From Pelagibacterales bacterium SAG-MED15 (lineage in GTDB: Bacteria; Pseudomonadota; Alphaproteobacteria; Pelagibacterales; Pelagibacteraceae), in contig JACWDM010000004.1 in the NCBI GenBank assembly GCA_014654065.1, positions 31,080-95,079 of the forward strand: a stretch of 64,000 bases of DNA, written 5' to 3'. Under the pieces are notes generated by a model. It was not told the DNA's origin and did not search any database. It was given only the letters and a program-made list of their open reading frames with translations. How positions within the stretch are numbered: the stretch's first letter is position 1; each line of letters begins with the position of its first letter. Both the position numbers and the translations under genes were made by a program. Positions 9,952-20,116 of this stretch are shown piece after piece.

Positions 9952-11142
9952 TTATCTAGCTTTTTTGATGCTTTGCATGACCATCTCTTTCATATCCTCA
10001 TAAGAAGCTTTTTTTGGATTAGTTGCATAAGCTTGGTCCTTCATTGCCTTCTCTGCAATTCGATCTACGCAGTCTTCGGTTACTCCTATTTCACTTAAAC
10101 TTTTAGGTATTTGGAGTCTGTCTAACATTTTTTCAATATTGTTTATAAAAGAGCCAATTGAATGATCTTTAAATTGCATTGCTTCTGACATACGTTTAAC
10201 TTTTTCGTCCATGTCGTACAGATTATATTTTAGAACAACTGGTAATATGATTGCATTAGTTAATCCATGTTGTGTATTAAATTCTGCACCAACCATGTGA
10301 GATATAGAATGAACGTTGCCAAGTCCTTTTAAGAAAGCTACTCCACCTAAGTAAGAACCAATATGCATCCCTCCTCTCGCTATTAAATTCTTAGGTTCTT
10401 CAACCGCCAAGTAAAGAGATTTTGAAATTAAAGATAAGCTTTCTAAAGCAGAGCCATCACATAATGGGTGAAATCCAGGAACACAATAACCTTCTATTGC
10501 ATGGACCATTGCATCAACTCCTGTCCACGCTGTTAATGAAGATGGTAATCCTAAAGTTAACTCTGGATCAACTAAAGCTAGAACGGGTCTTACATCTGGA
10601 TGCCACATACAAAATTTCATTCCCTCTTTTAAATAAGTAACCATAGCTGTAATTTCTGTTTCTGCACCTGTACCTGCTGTAGTTGGTATAGTTATTATTT
10701 TAGGAAATGGGTTGTCTTTACTTATCTTTGGTGGCGTTAACTCAAATTCGAAATCTCTAAGTGGTATATCGTTATTTGCTGTGAGGCATATCAATTTACC
10801 TCCATCCATTGCACTACCACCACCAATAGCAATTATTGAGTCATGATTTCCATTTTTATATTTTTTACAACCAGCTGATATTTCATCCTCTCTAGGATTG
10901 GGGGATATTTCAGAAAATAGGTCAGATTTTATATTTGCTTTAAATAAAAGTTCTTTTAATTCGTTAATAAAAGGTAATTTGGTGCTTCCATTATCTGTGA
11001 CAATTAAAGGATTTCTTATTCCAAATTTATTACATTGATCACCGATTTCTTTGAATCTACCAGGCCCATAAGCGGTATTAGTTGGAAAAGTCCAATCTTG
11101 ATTTGATAAAATTTCAGTTTCGTTTAGTTTAAAATTTTGCAT
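9952..11142 (-). CDS. Iron-containing alcohol dehydrogenase
   Basis: GGGSAMD, PTTAGTGAE, DAMVHAIE, HSISH and HGLTN motifs. Confidence 0.93.
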   Translation of the reverse strand: MQNFKLNETEILSNQDWTFPTNTAYGPGRFKEIGDQCNKFGIRNPLIVTDNGSTKLPFINELKELLFKANIKSDLFSEISPNPREDEISAGCKKYKNGNHDSIIAIGGGSAMDGGKLICLTANNDIPLRDFEFELTPPKISKDNPFPKIITIPTTAGTGAETEITAMVTYLKEGMKFCMWHPDVRPVLALVDPELTLGLPSSLTAWTGVDAMVHAIEGYCVPGFHPLCDGSALESLSLISKSLYLAVEEPKNLIARGGMHIGSYLGGVAFLKGLGNVHSISHMVGAEFNTQHGLTNAIILPVVLKYNLYDMDEKVKRMSEAMQFKDHSIGSFINNIEKMLDRLQIPKSLSEIGVTEDCVDRIAEKAMKDQAYATNPKKASYEDMKEMVMQSIKKAR

Positions 11143-11191
11143 TTTTGTATCAATAAGTTAATTATATACTACCAATTATATCAAAAAGTAA

Positions 11192-12124
11192 ATGAAGAAT
11201 TCATCAGTAAAATCTAATTCAAGGATTATTTATCTCTCAGTTGGTTCAATGTTTCTTGGAGTTCTTTTTATTGATATTTATGGAATAATTGTCAAATTTT
11301 TGGGTGATACATATTCAACTAATCAAATGGTTTTATTTAGAAATTTGTTCGCAATTATACCTCTGCTAGCATTAATTTTTTACACAAATGAAAACTTAAA
11401 AATTTTTAAAAATTTGACCAAGAAATTTATTATTCTTTGTTTTGTAAGGGGTTTTTGTTTTTTATTTATGAATGTGTTTTATTTTATCGCAATAAATAAT
11501 ATGGATTTTGCAACTGCGTCTACATTAACATTTTCTGCAACATTTTTTATTGTGATCTTATCTATATTTTTTTTAAATGATAAAGTTGGTATTTATAGAT
11601 GGTCAGCAGTGATAATAGGTTTTCTTGGTGTAGCCATGATAATGAAACCAACAAGTGATATTTTTTCTTATTACTCTATTTACCCTCTTATGGTTGGTTT
11701 TTTATATGCTGTTGCAATTATAATTCTTAAATTTATACCTAAATATAATTCAACGGCAAAAATTCAGTTCTATTCTTTGATAGCTTCTATTTTTGGTGCA
11801 GTTATTCTTTTGGCTATCACATTCGATAATAAATTTATCCAAAGTTATAAAGATTTATTAATGTTGGTATCAATTGGTATTTTGGGTGGAGCTGCTGGTA
11901 TTCTTTTCATTTATTCTTACAGATTGATTGAAGCTAGTAAGCTTGCTGTGTTTGAATATTTGGCAATACCCTCTTCATTCTTTCTCGGATGGTTTTTTTT
12001 TAATGAAGCTCCAATTGATCAACTATTTCCAGGTGTATTAGGAATTATTTTTGCAGGAATGATTATTATTTGGAGAGACAAAAAAAAGAAGAGAACTTTT
12101 AAAGTAAGTAAAAAAGTTTATTAA
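11192..12124 (+). CDS. DMT/EamA family transporter
   Basis: About 10 TM segments; KVGIYRWSAVIIGFLGV...KP motif. Confidence 0.88.
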   Translation: MKNSSVKSNSRIIYLSVGSMFLGVLFIDIYGIIVKFLGDTYSTNQMVLFRNLFAIIPLLALIFYTNENLKIFKNLTKKFIILCFVRGFCFLFMNVFYFIAINNMDFATASTLTFSATFFIVILSIFFLNDKVGIYRWSAVIIGFLGVAMIMKPTSDIFSYYSIYPLMVGFLYAVAIIILKFIPKYNSTAKIQFYSLIASIFGAVILLAITFDNKFIQSYKDLLMLVSIGILGGAAGILFIYSYRLIEASKLAVFEYLAIPSSFFLGWFFFNEAPIDQLFPGVLGIIFAGMIIIWRDKKKKRTFKVSKKVY

Positions 12125-13167
12125 ACTTTTGATTTCATTGACTGCATAACAATCGATCTATCAATTTCACCTAGTAACTTTCCAGATGAAGAGCAAACTA
12201 CTGGATAAGCTTGATCTCCTTCGCTTAATTGATCTATCAAAGTTTCGATTTTTAAATTATCTTCAATGCAGTTTACTTTATTTTCATATAACTTCTTTGC
12301 TTCAGTTGAGCATTCTTTTCTCATTACTTTTCCTGCACTAAGAACTTTATATTTTGGAACATCTTCACAAAAATCTTTTACATATTGGTCTTTTGGATTT
12401 GATACTATTTCTTCCGGTGTTCCTATTTGTGAAATTTCACCATCTTTCATTATAGCTATGTGATCGCCCATCTTGATTGCTTCTAAAAAATCATGCGTAA
12501 TAAAAACCATAGTTCTTTGAAGTTTTTCTTGAATTTTTAAAAGCTCATCTTGCATTTCCCTTCTAATAAGTGGATCTAATGCAGAAAATGGTTCATCAAA
12601 AATTAAAATTTCGGGATCTACTGCTAATGCTCTTGCTAACCCTACTCTTTGTTGCATACCACCTGAAAGCTCTCTTGGATAATTATTCTGCCATCCATCT
12701 AATCCAACCATTTTTAAAACTTCCATAGATTTTTCTAACCTAATATCTTTTTTTGTTCCTCTGACTTCTAATCCGTATCCAATATTTTCTATAACTGTTC
12801 TGTGTGGAAAAAGTCCAAAATGTTGAAACACCATACTCATTTTATTTCTTCTTAACTCTAACAAATCTTTGGCGCTCATTTTAGTTACATCAACATCATC
12901 CATTTTTACTGTGCCTGAAGTAGGCTCTATCAATCTAGAAATACATCTTACCAAAGTAGATTTTCCACTTCCTGATAAACCCATTACCACAAAAGTTTCA
13001 CCCTTTTGAATTGAAAAACTAACATCCTTAACTGCAACAACATGGCCAGTTTTTTCCTGAACTTCTTTAATAGAGAGGCTTGAGTCTAGATTTTTTATTA
13101 TTGTCTTTTCATCTGGGCCAAATAACTTCCAAATATTTGAACAGGTAATCTTTTGGTCTTTATTCAT
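12121..13167 (-). CDS. Betaine/choline/carnitine-family ABC ATPase (ProV-like)
   Basis: VMGLSGSGKST, LSGGMQQRVGLARAL and DEPFSALDPLIRREMQ motifs. Confidence 0.93.
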   Translation of the reverse strand: MNKDQKITCSNIWKLFGPDEKTIIKNLDSSLSIKEVQEKTGHVVAVKDVSFSIQKGETFVVMGLSGSGKSTLVRCISRLIEPTSGTVKMDDVDVTKMSAKDLLELRRNKMSMVFQHFGLFPHRTVIENIGYGLEVRGTKKDIRLEKSMEVLKMVGLDGWQNNYPRELSGGMQQRVGLARALAVDPEILIFDEPFSALDPLIRREMQDELLKIQEKLQRTMVFITHDFLEAIKMGDHIAIMKDGEISQIGTPEEIVSNPKDQYVKDFCEDVPKYKVLSAGKVMRKECSTEAKKLYENKVNCIEDNLKIETLIDQLSEGDQAYPVVCSSSGKLLGEIDRSIVMQSMKSKV

Positions 13168-13246
13168 TCTTAAAACTTATAATTTATTGTTAACATACAC
13201 AATATTTTGCTTTAAAAGTAAATTTAATTATTCTAATTTTATAAAT

Positions 13247-15361
13247 ATGTCTAGTAGCACTGAAATCTTAGGAAAATCTAACCAGTCAAAAAACTTAATA
13301 ACTTATTCGATAATTGGTATAGTTTTTTTAATAGCTTTATGGCTTTCATCACAAAGTGAAGGCCCTTCAAAATTTCCAAAATTTGTTACAGACGAATTTA
13401 CATTTACTGCGTGGGTTAACGAAGGAGAAGATTTTTTAAAAAAAAATTATAGATGGATCACCAAAATTATAGCTAGCTACATTAAAGCAAGCTATTATTT
13501 TGTTGAAGATTTTTTGCTTGAGTCACCTTGGCTTTTGATAACAGCAATTATTGTTATTCCATGTATGATCGCTGGGGGTCTTAGATTGGGACTTTACTCA
13601 TTGTTTGTAGTTTATTTTTGGGGTGCAACTGGAATGTGGGAACCTTCTCTCCAGACAGTGGCCTTAATGGGACTTTCTGTTTTACTTTGTGTCTTTTTTG
13701 GATTCATTTTAGGAGTTTTTTGCTCACAAAGCGATAGGTTTGAAAATTTTATGAAACCAGTTTTAGACACTATGCAAGTGATGCCTGCTTTTGTTTATTT
13801 ATTTCCAGCTTTATTTTTTTTCGGCATAGGTGGAGCACCAGCAATTCTAGCTACAATGATTTATGCAATGCCACCGATCATAAGATTAACTAATACTGGT
13901 ATAAGGCAAGTTCCAGCGCAAACAATTGAAAGCGCAACATCTTTTGGTTCAAATAAATTACAACTTTTGTTCAAAATAAAAATTCCGTTATCTTTACCTA
14001 GTATAATGATGGGTATTAATCAGGTCATAATGATGGCGCTTGCGCTTGTAGTGCTTGCTTGTTTTATTGGAGCTGAAGGAATTGGTGGTCAAGTTTGGCA
14101 AGCCATCAGAAGATTAGATGTTGGTTGGGCTATGGAAGGAGGACTTTGTATTTTATTTATGGCAATAATGTTTGATAGATTTAGTATGGCCTTTAGCAAA
14201 GACAAAGAAAGACTTCCATCAGATGTTCAAAAATTCTATTTGCTCCCTCAAAGTTGGGCAAAGTACCAAATAGCTAGACTTATAGAAAAACCCTTAAGTA
14301 TAACTCATGATTTTATGAAATATATTTGTGTATTTATAACGAATTTAATTTCTTACTTTTGCAAATCTTTAATTTCAATATTTAACAAAATATTAGCAGA
14401 AGACATTGGGGAGTTCATAAGTAAGAGATATTACATTATTCCATCTTTTATAGTCTTTTTTATAATAATTTTAATCGATTCATATTTTATAAAAATTGGT
14501 TCTTTTCCTGAAGAATGGAGATTATCAATTAGACAACCAATTACAAACGCTGTGGAAAGCTTAACTGTTAATCCAGGTTTCATTTCTTTTACAAAGGGTT
14601 TAAGAGCATTTGTTTATCTGAACTTACTACGTCCATTAGATGTTTTCTTAACGCACATACCATGGTGGTATACTATGGCTGTCTTTGTTGCATTAGGATA
14701 TATTACTGTAGGAATAAGATTTGCCATTATAACAGCTCTTTTATTATCTTTTATAGGGGCTTGTGGAATTTGGTCTCACTCAATGATAACTTTATCATCA
14801 GTTTTAGTCTCTGTTGCATTATGTTTTGTAATTGGGGTACCTCTTGGAATAATAGCTTCTTACAATGAGAGGTTTAGGAATATTCAGAATGTTGTCTTAG
14901 ATGCAATGCAAACACTTCCTTATTTTTGTTATTTAATTCCTGTACTCATGTTTTTTGGTGGTGGTATTGTCTCTGCTGTTTTGGCAACTGTAATTTATGC
15001 TATACCGCCAATAATAAGACTTACATCACTAGGTTTAACACAAGTATCTGGAACATATTCAGAGGTATCAAGATCATTTGGGGGGACATTAATTCAAACC
15101 TTAAATAAAGTAAAATTTCCATTAGCAGTTCCAAGTTTGGTAATAGGTTTTAACCAGACTGTTATAATGGCATTTGCAATGCAAATTGTTACTCCGCTCA
15201 TAGGTGGAAAGGGACTTGGATTAGAAGTGTTTAATGGCCTGGCTCGATCTGACACTGGAAGAGGCCTAGCCGCAGGTATTGGAATTGTGCTTCTTGCAAT
15301 AATCATAGATAGAATAACTCTCGCGTGGACAAAAAAGCAAAGACAGGCATTAGGTTTATAA
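13247..15361 (+). CDS. Quaternary-amine ABC permease with two fused ProW-like domains
   Basis: Two repeats: LDTMQVMPAFVYL...PPIIRLT and LDAMQTLPYFCYL...PPIIRLT; ATG at 13247 preferred. Confidence 0.92.
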   Translation: MSSSTEILGKSNQSKNLITYSIIGIVFLIALWLSSQSEGPSKFPKFVTDEFTFTAWVNEGEDFLKKNYRWITKIIASYIKASYYFVEDFLLESPWLLITAIIVIPCMIAGGLRLGLYSLFVVYFWGATGMWEPSLQTVALMGLSVLLCVFFGFILGVFCSQSDRFENFMKPVLDTMQVMPAFVYLFPALFFFGIGGAPAILATMIYAMPPIIRLTNTGIRQVPAQTIESATSFGSNKLQLLFKIKIPLSLPSIMMGINQVIMMALALVVLACFIGAEGIGGQVWQAIRRLDVGWAMEGGLCILFMAIMFDRFSMAFSKDKERLPSDVQKFYLLPQSWAKYQIARLIEKPLSITHDFMKYICVFITNLISYFCKSLISIFNKILAEDIGEFISKRYYIIPSFIVFFIIILIDSYFIKIGSFPEEWRLSIRQPITNAVESLTVNPGFISFTKGLRAFVYLNLLRPLDVFLTHIPWWYTMAVFVALGYITVGIRFAIITALLLSFIGACGIWSHSMITLSSVLVSVALCFVIGVPLGIIASYNERFRNIQNVVLDAMQTLPYFCYLIPVLMFFGGGIVSAVLATVIYAIPPIIRLTSLGLTQVSGTYSEVSRSFGGTLIQTLNKVKFPLAVPSLVIGFNQTVIMAFAMQIVTPLIGGKGLGLEVFNGLARSDTGRGLAAGIGIVLLAIIIDRITLAWTKKQRQALGL

Positions 15362-15463
15362 AATAAACAAATTAATTAAGAAATTTAGCCATTTTTTGTC
15401 CGGTTTACATTTATATAAGTTTTGCACTACAATAGTTTTTTTAAATTTAAGGGAGGAAACTTA

Positions 15464-16474
15464 ATGAAACTAACAAAAACAATATCGGCACTATTTTTAT
15501 CTTTAGTGCTATTAGTGGGTAGTTTAGGGCAAGCAAATGCTGCTAAGAGACTACACGCAGCTATTGCTGACTGGACAGGTGGTATTATAACTTGTGAAGT
15601 CGCTGTAGCAATTCTTGAGAGAGAATATGGATACAAAGTTAAACAAACTGTATTTCCATCAGGAACAGGTTTGTGGGAAGCAATTGCAGCAGGAGAAATT
15701 GATTTTGCATGCGAAAGCTGGCCAAGTTACGCTGAGGCGGACTCTGTTATGCTGAATGAAGATCTTATTTACGAAGGTAAAGTGGTTGGATCTTACAGTG
15801 GAGATGGAAGTGTAGATTTACTAGGTACAGCAGGAATAATTGGTTTATCAGATTACTGGATTCCAAGATATGCTGCTGAAGAGTTTGGTATAAAAACTTG
15901 GAAAGATTTAAATAAACATAAGGATAAATTTGCTACTATCGAAACTGGAAACAGAGGTAGACTTATCGCATGTCCAGTAGCTGGTTGGAACTGTCATGAC
16001 CAAAAAAGACTTGATCTTTTAGGAATTGATTTCCAAGCAGATGAACTTGGAACTGAAGCTGCAGCAATTGCAGAAGCAAAAGCAGCTTACATGAGAAAAG
16101 AACCTTTCATGTTATACCTATGGTCACCACATTGGTTTTTTGGTCAGTATGACATGGTTGGAGTTCAGCTTCCAGATCATAAAGTTTGTAATCCTGATAC
16201 GTTTACAGAAGCAAACAACTGGAAAGATTGTGGAACAAAAGGTTGGCCAGCAACTGGTTGGGCAAAAGACTATACAATGAATTATGGTAACCCAGCTGTT
16301 TTTGCAAAATCTGAAAACGCAGAAGCTAAGAAATTCTTCGAAAACATGTCTTTACAAAATATCGACCAGGCTAAAATGTTGGTTGAAGTTGATATTAAAA
16401 AAAGACCTGTAAAAGAAGTTGTTGCAGAGTGGTTAGACAATAATCCAGATAAATGGAAGCCTTGGTTAAAATAA
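15464..16474 (+). CDS. Quaternary-amine ABC substrate-binding protein (OpuAC/TmoX-related)
   Basis: Signal peptide after a GGGAGG RBS; Trp-rich DWTG, ESWP, FATIETGNRGR, YLWSPHW and WL....WKPW motifs. Confidence 0.88.
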   Translation: MKLTKTISALFLSLVLLVGSLGQANAAKRLHAAIADWTGGIITCEVAVAILEREYGYKVKQTVFPSGTGLWEAIAAGEIDFACESWPSYAEADSVMLNEDLIYEGKVVGSYSGDGSVDLLGTAGIIGLSDYWIPRYAAEEFGIKTWKDLNKHKDKFATIETGNRGRLIACPVAGWNCHDQKRLDLLGIDFQADELGTEAAAIAEAKAAYMRKEPFMLYLWSPHWFFGQYDMVGVQLPDHKVCNPDTFTEANNWKDCGTKGWPATGWAKDYTMNYGNPAVFAKSENAEAKKFFENMSLQNIDQAKMLVEVDIKKRPVKEVVAEWLDNNPDKWKPWLK

Positions 16475-16495
16475 CATTTTTAAAACTCTAAAATT

Positions 16496-16526
16496 AAAGG
16501 CCCTTTTTATAAGGGCCTTTTTTTTT
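16496..16526 (+). terminator. Rho-independent terminator after the SBP gene
   Basis: AAAGGCCCTT-tttat-AAGGGCCTTT followed by a T tract. Confidence 0.85.
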
Positions 16527-17165
16527 ATGCATTTAATTCATAGAGGAATATTAAATAAGAAATTCAAAGAGAATTGCTTAGATTCTTTTAAAGCTTCTTT
16601 TAAAAAAAAATATGGGATTGAGACAGATATACATGCAACAAAAGATAAAAAATTTATATGTTTCCATGATTTTACTTTAAAAAGAATATTTAAAATAAAC
16701 AAAAGTATAAAAGATATTAAATATCAAGAATTAAAAAAAATTAAGTATAAAAGTTTTAAAATTCCACTTTTAACTGAGGTCCTTAAACTTTCAAAAAACA
16801 AATATCCAATATTCGTTGAAATTAAACCATTTCTTGAGAAGAGATTACTAAGTAAATTAATCAATGAAACAAAAGGTTTTAACAAAGTCGTTTTTATTTC
16901 ATTTAAGAAAGATAATATTGATAACCTTTTAAAAATTAACTCTAGTATTAAAGTAGGGTTATCTTTTTCTAATCGTTCAAGTATTAAATCAATTTTAAAA
17001 AGTTCAGTAAATAAAAAATTAAAATGTTTAATATTAGATAAAAAATTTTTAAATAACAAAAAAATACAAAAAATAAAAAAAGAAAAATACTATTATACGA
17101 TTAAGAATAAAAATTATTTTTTAAAATACAGAAAAAATTATAATCTTATTTTTGAAAATTTATGA
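16527..17165 (+). CDS. Glycerophosphodiester phosphodiesterase family protein
   Basis: IHRG, EN, GIETDI, CFHD.TLKR and FVEIK motifs. Confidence 0.85.
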   Translation: MHLIHRGILNKKFKENCLDSFKASFKKKYGIETDIHATKDKKFICFHDFTLKRIFKINKSIKDIKYQELKKIKYKSFKIPLLTEVLKLSKNKYPIFVEIKPFLEKRLLSKLINETKGFNKVVFISFKKDNIDNLLKINSSIKVGLSFSNRSSIKSILKSSVNKKLKCLILDKKFLNNKKIQKIKKEKYYYTIKNKNYFLKYRKNYNLIFENL

Positions 17166-18293
17166 TTTTTGTTTTTTTAAGTATTCTAATCTACCAATAA
17201 TTTCATCTCTATCTAAATAGTATCCTTGTAAATGGCGATGTCCTGAGTTTGGATCGAAAGCAGTTCTTCCATGTAAAACTCGTCTATTATTAAATGAAAA
17301 TATGTCACCAGGGCCTAATCTAAATTTTATTTGAAATTTATCATCGTGTAAAAGATTTCCAAATCTATGATGCGCTTTATAAACTTTATCCATTTGATCT
17401 GGGTGACAATCTAAAGCATCCATAGTTGCAACACTAAATCTTATATCATGAAAATCTTTATCCTTAGTTAAGCTGATTGCTGGCGCATGAAAACTTCTAT
17501 GAGATTCTTGTGTATAATCTTTATCTCTAAACTTTAACGGAACTGAAATTAATGTTTCAAAAATTTCTTTTTCATTTTTTTTTAAATATTCAGCTACAGC
17601 AAAACCATCTATGGCTGAAGAATCTCCACCTTGAGCATCGTTTATTAAACAATGCAAGAACTGATAACCAGGTGGAAGCTCAAACCAAGGTAAATCCATA
17701 TGATTTCTAAGAGCATGTGCGGTGTATGCAGAGTTATTAGGTTTTGGAATATTGATTACTTCAAATGGTGTTTTGAAAAACGTTTCTCTAACATGGCTAA
17801 TTCTATGAAGAACATCAAAAGCAGATTTTTTTTCAATTGGAGCATTTTTAACTATTGCTATACCTTTGTGATGAAGTAATTCCAACCATTTCACTAAACC
17901 TTTATCAGAATTAATGATCTCATCATGATCTATATAAATTGATTCAAAGTTTTTTGATAAATTATTATCCCATAGTTGATATGGGGAAATATATTTCTTT
18001 TTATTATTTATTGTGTAACAATTTTCTCTGAGCCACTTAGGATCATAGTAACTGGTATGATTACCTTCACTCCATTCTATTTTTAATTTTCCTTCATCAT
18101 TTAAAGAATAATTTTTTGGATTTATATCTTTTGAAACCTCTAAAATATTAAACATTCTATGGTTTGAGTCTTTATCATGAGCTGTGGGACAGTTATCTCT
18201 TAACCATAAATAGTTAAAATTACTTTGTTCGCCGTCACTCCACTTGATACTTAAATTTTTGTCTTTTTTTTCAACGTTATCAATTTTAACCAT
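17160..18293 (-). CDS. Gamma-butyrobetaine/trimethyllysine dioxygenase family Fe(II)/2OG enzyme
   Basis: N-terminal WLRDNC...W.EGNH.S domain, HMD facial-triad motif, PPGYQFLHC, NNRRVLHGR.AF and RHLQGYYLD; ATG at 18293 preferred. Confidence 0.88.
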   Translation of the reverse strand: MVKIDNVEKKDKNLSIKWSDGEQSNFNYLWLRDNCPTAHDKDSNHRMFNILEVSKDINPKNYSLNDEGKLKIEWSEGNHTSYYDPKWLRENCYTINNKKKYISPYQLWDNNLSKNFESIYIDHDEIINSDKGLVKWLELLHHKGIAIVKNAPIEKKSAFDVLHRISHVRETFFKTPFEVINIPKPNNSAYTAHALRNHMDLPWFELPPGYQFLHCLINDAQGGDSSAIDGFAVAEYLKKNEKEIFETLISVPLKFRDKDYTQESHRSFHAPAISLTKDKDFHDIRFSVATMDALDCHPDQMDKVYKAHHRFGNLLHDDKFQIKFRLGPGDIFSFNNRRVLHGRTAFDPNSGHRHLQGYYLDRDEIIGRLEYLKKQKS

Positions 18294-18389
18294 ATTTAAA
18301 TTCTTAATATTTTTTAAAGGTTTTTCAATAAATTTTTCACAAAAATATTCTTGTTTTTTACCCTCATACAATATTAAAGTAATAGGGCT

Positions 18390-19175
18390 ATGGATAAATC
18401 GCTTAGAAATAAAAAAATTTTAATATCAGCAGGTGCTTCAGGTATTGGTTGGGTAACAGCAAAAATCTGTTTATCAAAAGGAGCAACTGTTTATATATGT
18501 GACATAGAGTCAAAGTATTTAAATAAAGTAAAAAAACATCCTCTTAATAATAAAAAATTATTTATTTATAACTGTGATGCCTCAAATGAACTAGATGTAA
18601 ATGAATTATTTAAAAAAATTTTAAAAAAAACTAAAAAGTTAGATTGTTTAATTAATAATGTTGGGGTTGCAGGACCAACAGGAACTATTGAAAAATTATC
18701 CTCTAAACACTGGGAAAATACCTTAAAAATAAATGTAATCAGTCATTTCTATTTTACTAAACTGGCAATTCCAATGTTAAAAAATAATAAAGGAGGTTCA
18801 ATTATTAATATGGCATCTGGAGCGGGTATAATGGGTTTTCCTCTTAGATCTCCTTATGCTGCAAGCAAATGGGCTGTAGTTGGAATTACTAAAACTTTAG
18901 CAATGGAGCTAGGGAAATTTAAAGTTAGAGTAAATGCTATATGTCCAGGAACTATAAAAGGTGATCGTATGGTTAGGGTAATAAGAGATAAGGCCAAATT
19001 TTTAAAAATTTCAAAAAAGTCTATTGAAAAAGAGTTTATATCTATGGCATCAATTAATAGTTGGGTTTATGAAGAAGATATAGGATACATGTGTAGCTTC
19101 TTAATATCTGATGATGCTAAAAGAATTTCTGGACAAATTATAGGTGTTGATGGTAACGCTACTAGACTAGATTAA
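18390..19175 (+). CDS. Short-chain dehydrogenase/reductase
   Basis: AGASGIG, LINNVG, YAASK and VNAICPG motifs. Confidence 0.92.
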   Translation: MDKSLRNKKILISAGASGIGWVTAKICLSKGATVYICDIESKYLNKVKKHPLNNKKLFIYNCDASNELDVNELFKKILKKTKKLDCLINNVGVAGPTGTIEKLSSKHWENTLKINVISHFYFTKLAIPMLKNNKGGSIINMASGAGIMGFPLRSPYAASKWAVVGITKTLAMELGKFKVRVNAICPGTIKGDRMVRVIRDKAKFLKISKKSIEKEFISMASINSWVYEEDIGYMCSFLISDDAKRISGQIIGVDGNATRLD

Positions 19176-20116
19176 TTTCTAATTTTCTTCTCATACTTTT
19201 TCCTTAGCTTTAATAAATCAACTAAATACTCGTCTCTTATATTAGAAATTTTTGCTACAGACTTTCCTTTTGATTGTTTTTTTGTTCCATCTACCAGCCG
19301 ATTTATTAGTTTCTTTGATAAGATTGGAGATTTTAATTTTGTCCATGGAAGTTTTAAAGCTGGTCCAAATTGTTCTAGCATATGTTTCATTCCAGCTTTT
19401 CCACCAGCTAAATGAAATGTTAAAAAGGTTCCCATCAAAGACCATCTTAAACCAGGACCATCTTCAATAGCTCTATCCAAATCCTCTGTGGTTGCATGAC
19501 CTTCATTAATAATATGTAACCCCTCTCTCCATAAAGCCTCTTGTAATCTATCTGATAAATAACCAGGCAACTCCTGTTTAACCATTATTGGATTCATTGA
19601 GATTGATTTATAAAATCTTTTAGCTTTATTTAAAATTGCTTTAGATGTTTTTTTTCCTGGCACAATTTCCAAAGCTGGCAATAAATAAACAGGATTAAAT
19701 GGGTGCCCTATAATTCCTCTTTGAGGATTCTTACATTTTGAATAAATTCTTGTAGGAAGCAATCCTGATGAGCTAGATGAAATAATGGTATTTTGTTTTG
19801 AATATTTTCCGATTTTACTAAGTAAATTAGTTTTCAAAGAATAATTTTCGGTTGCACATTCTTGGATAAAATCAGCGTTTTTCAAAGTTTCTTTTAAAGA
19901 TGTAAAATATTTAAAATTTTTTAAATTTAATTTTTTTTTATTAAAAAGTTTTTTTGTATAAGGCCAAGCTCTTTTAATCTCCTCTATTATTTTTTTTTTT
20001 GACTTGATATCTTTATCAAATGCATAAACAATTTTATTGTGTGCTAAAAGACGAATAATCCAACCTGTTCCGATTACGCCAGTTCCAATGACTGCAACAT
20101 TTTTTATATTAGACAT
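19172..20116 (-). CDS. cdhA: L-carnitine 3-dehydrogenase (3-hydroxyacyl-CoA dehydrogenase family)
   Basis: GTGVIGTGW, SSSSGLLP, HPFNPVYLLP, DRLQEALWRE, GPGLRW and HMLEQFGPALKLPWTKL motifs; adjacent to a BKACE gene. Confidence 0.85.
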   Translation of the reverse strand: MSNIKNVAVIGTGVIGTGWIIRLLAHNKIVYAFDKDIKSKKKIIEEIKRAWPYTKKLFNKKKLNLKNFKYFTSLKETLKNADFIQECATENYSLKTNLLSKIGKYSKQNTIISSSSSGLLPTRIYSKCKNPQRGIIGHPFNPVYLLPALEIVPGKKTSKAILNKAKRFYKSISMNPIMVKQELPGYLSDRLQEALWREGLHIINEGHATTEDLDRAIEDGPGLRWSLMGTFLTFHLAGGKAGMKHMLEQFGPALKLPWTKLKSPILSKKLINRLVDGTKKQSKGKSVAKISNIRDEYLVDLLKLRKKYEKKIRN

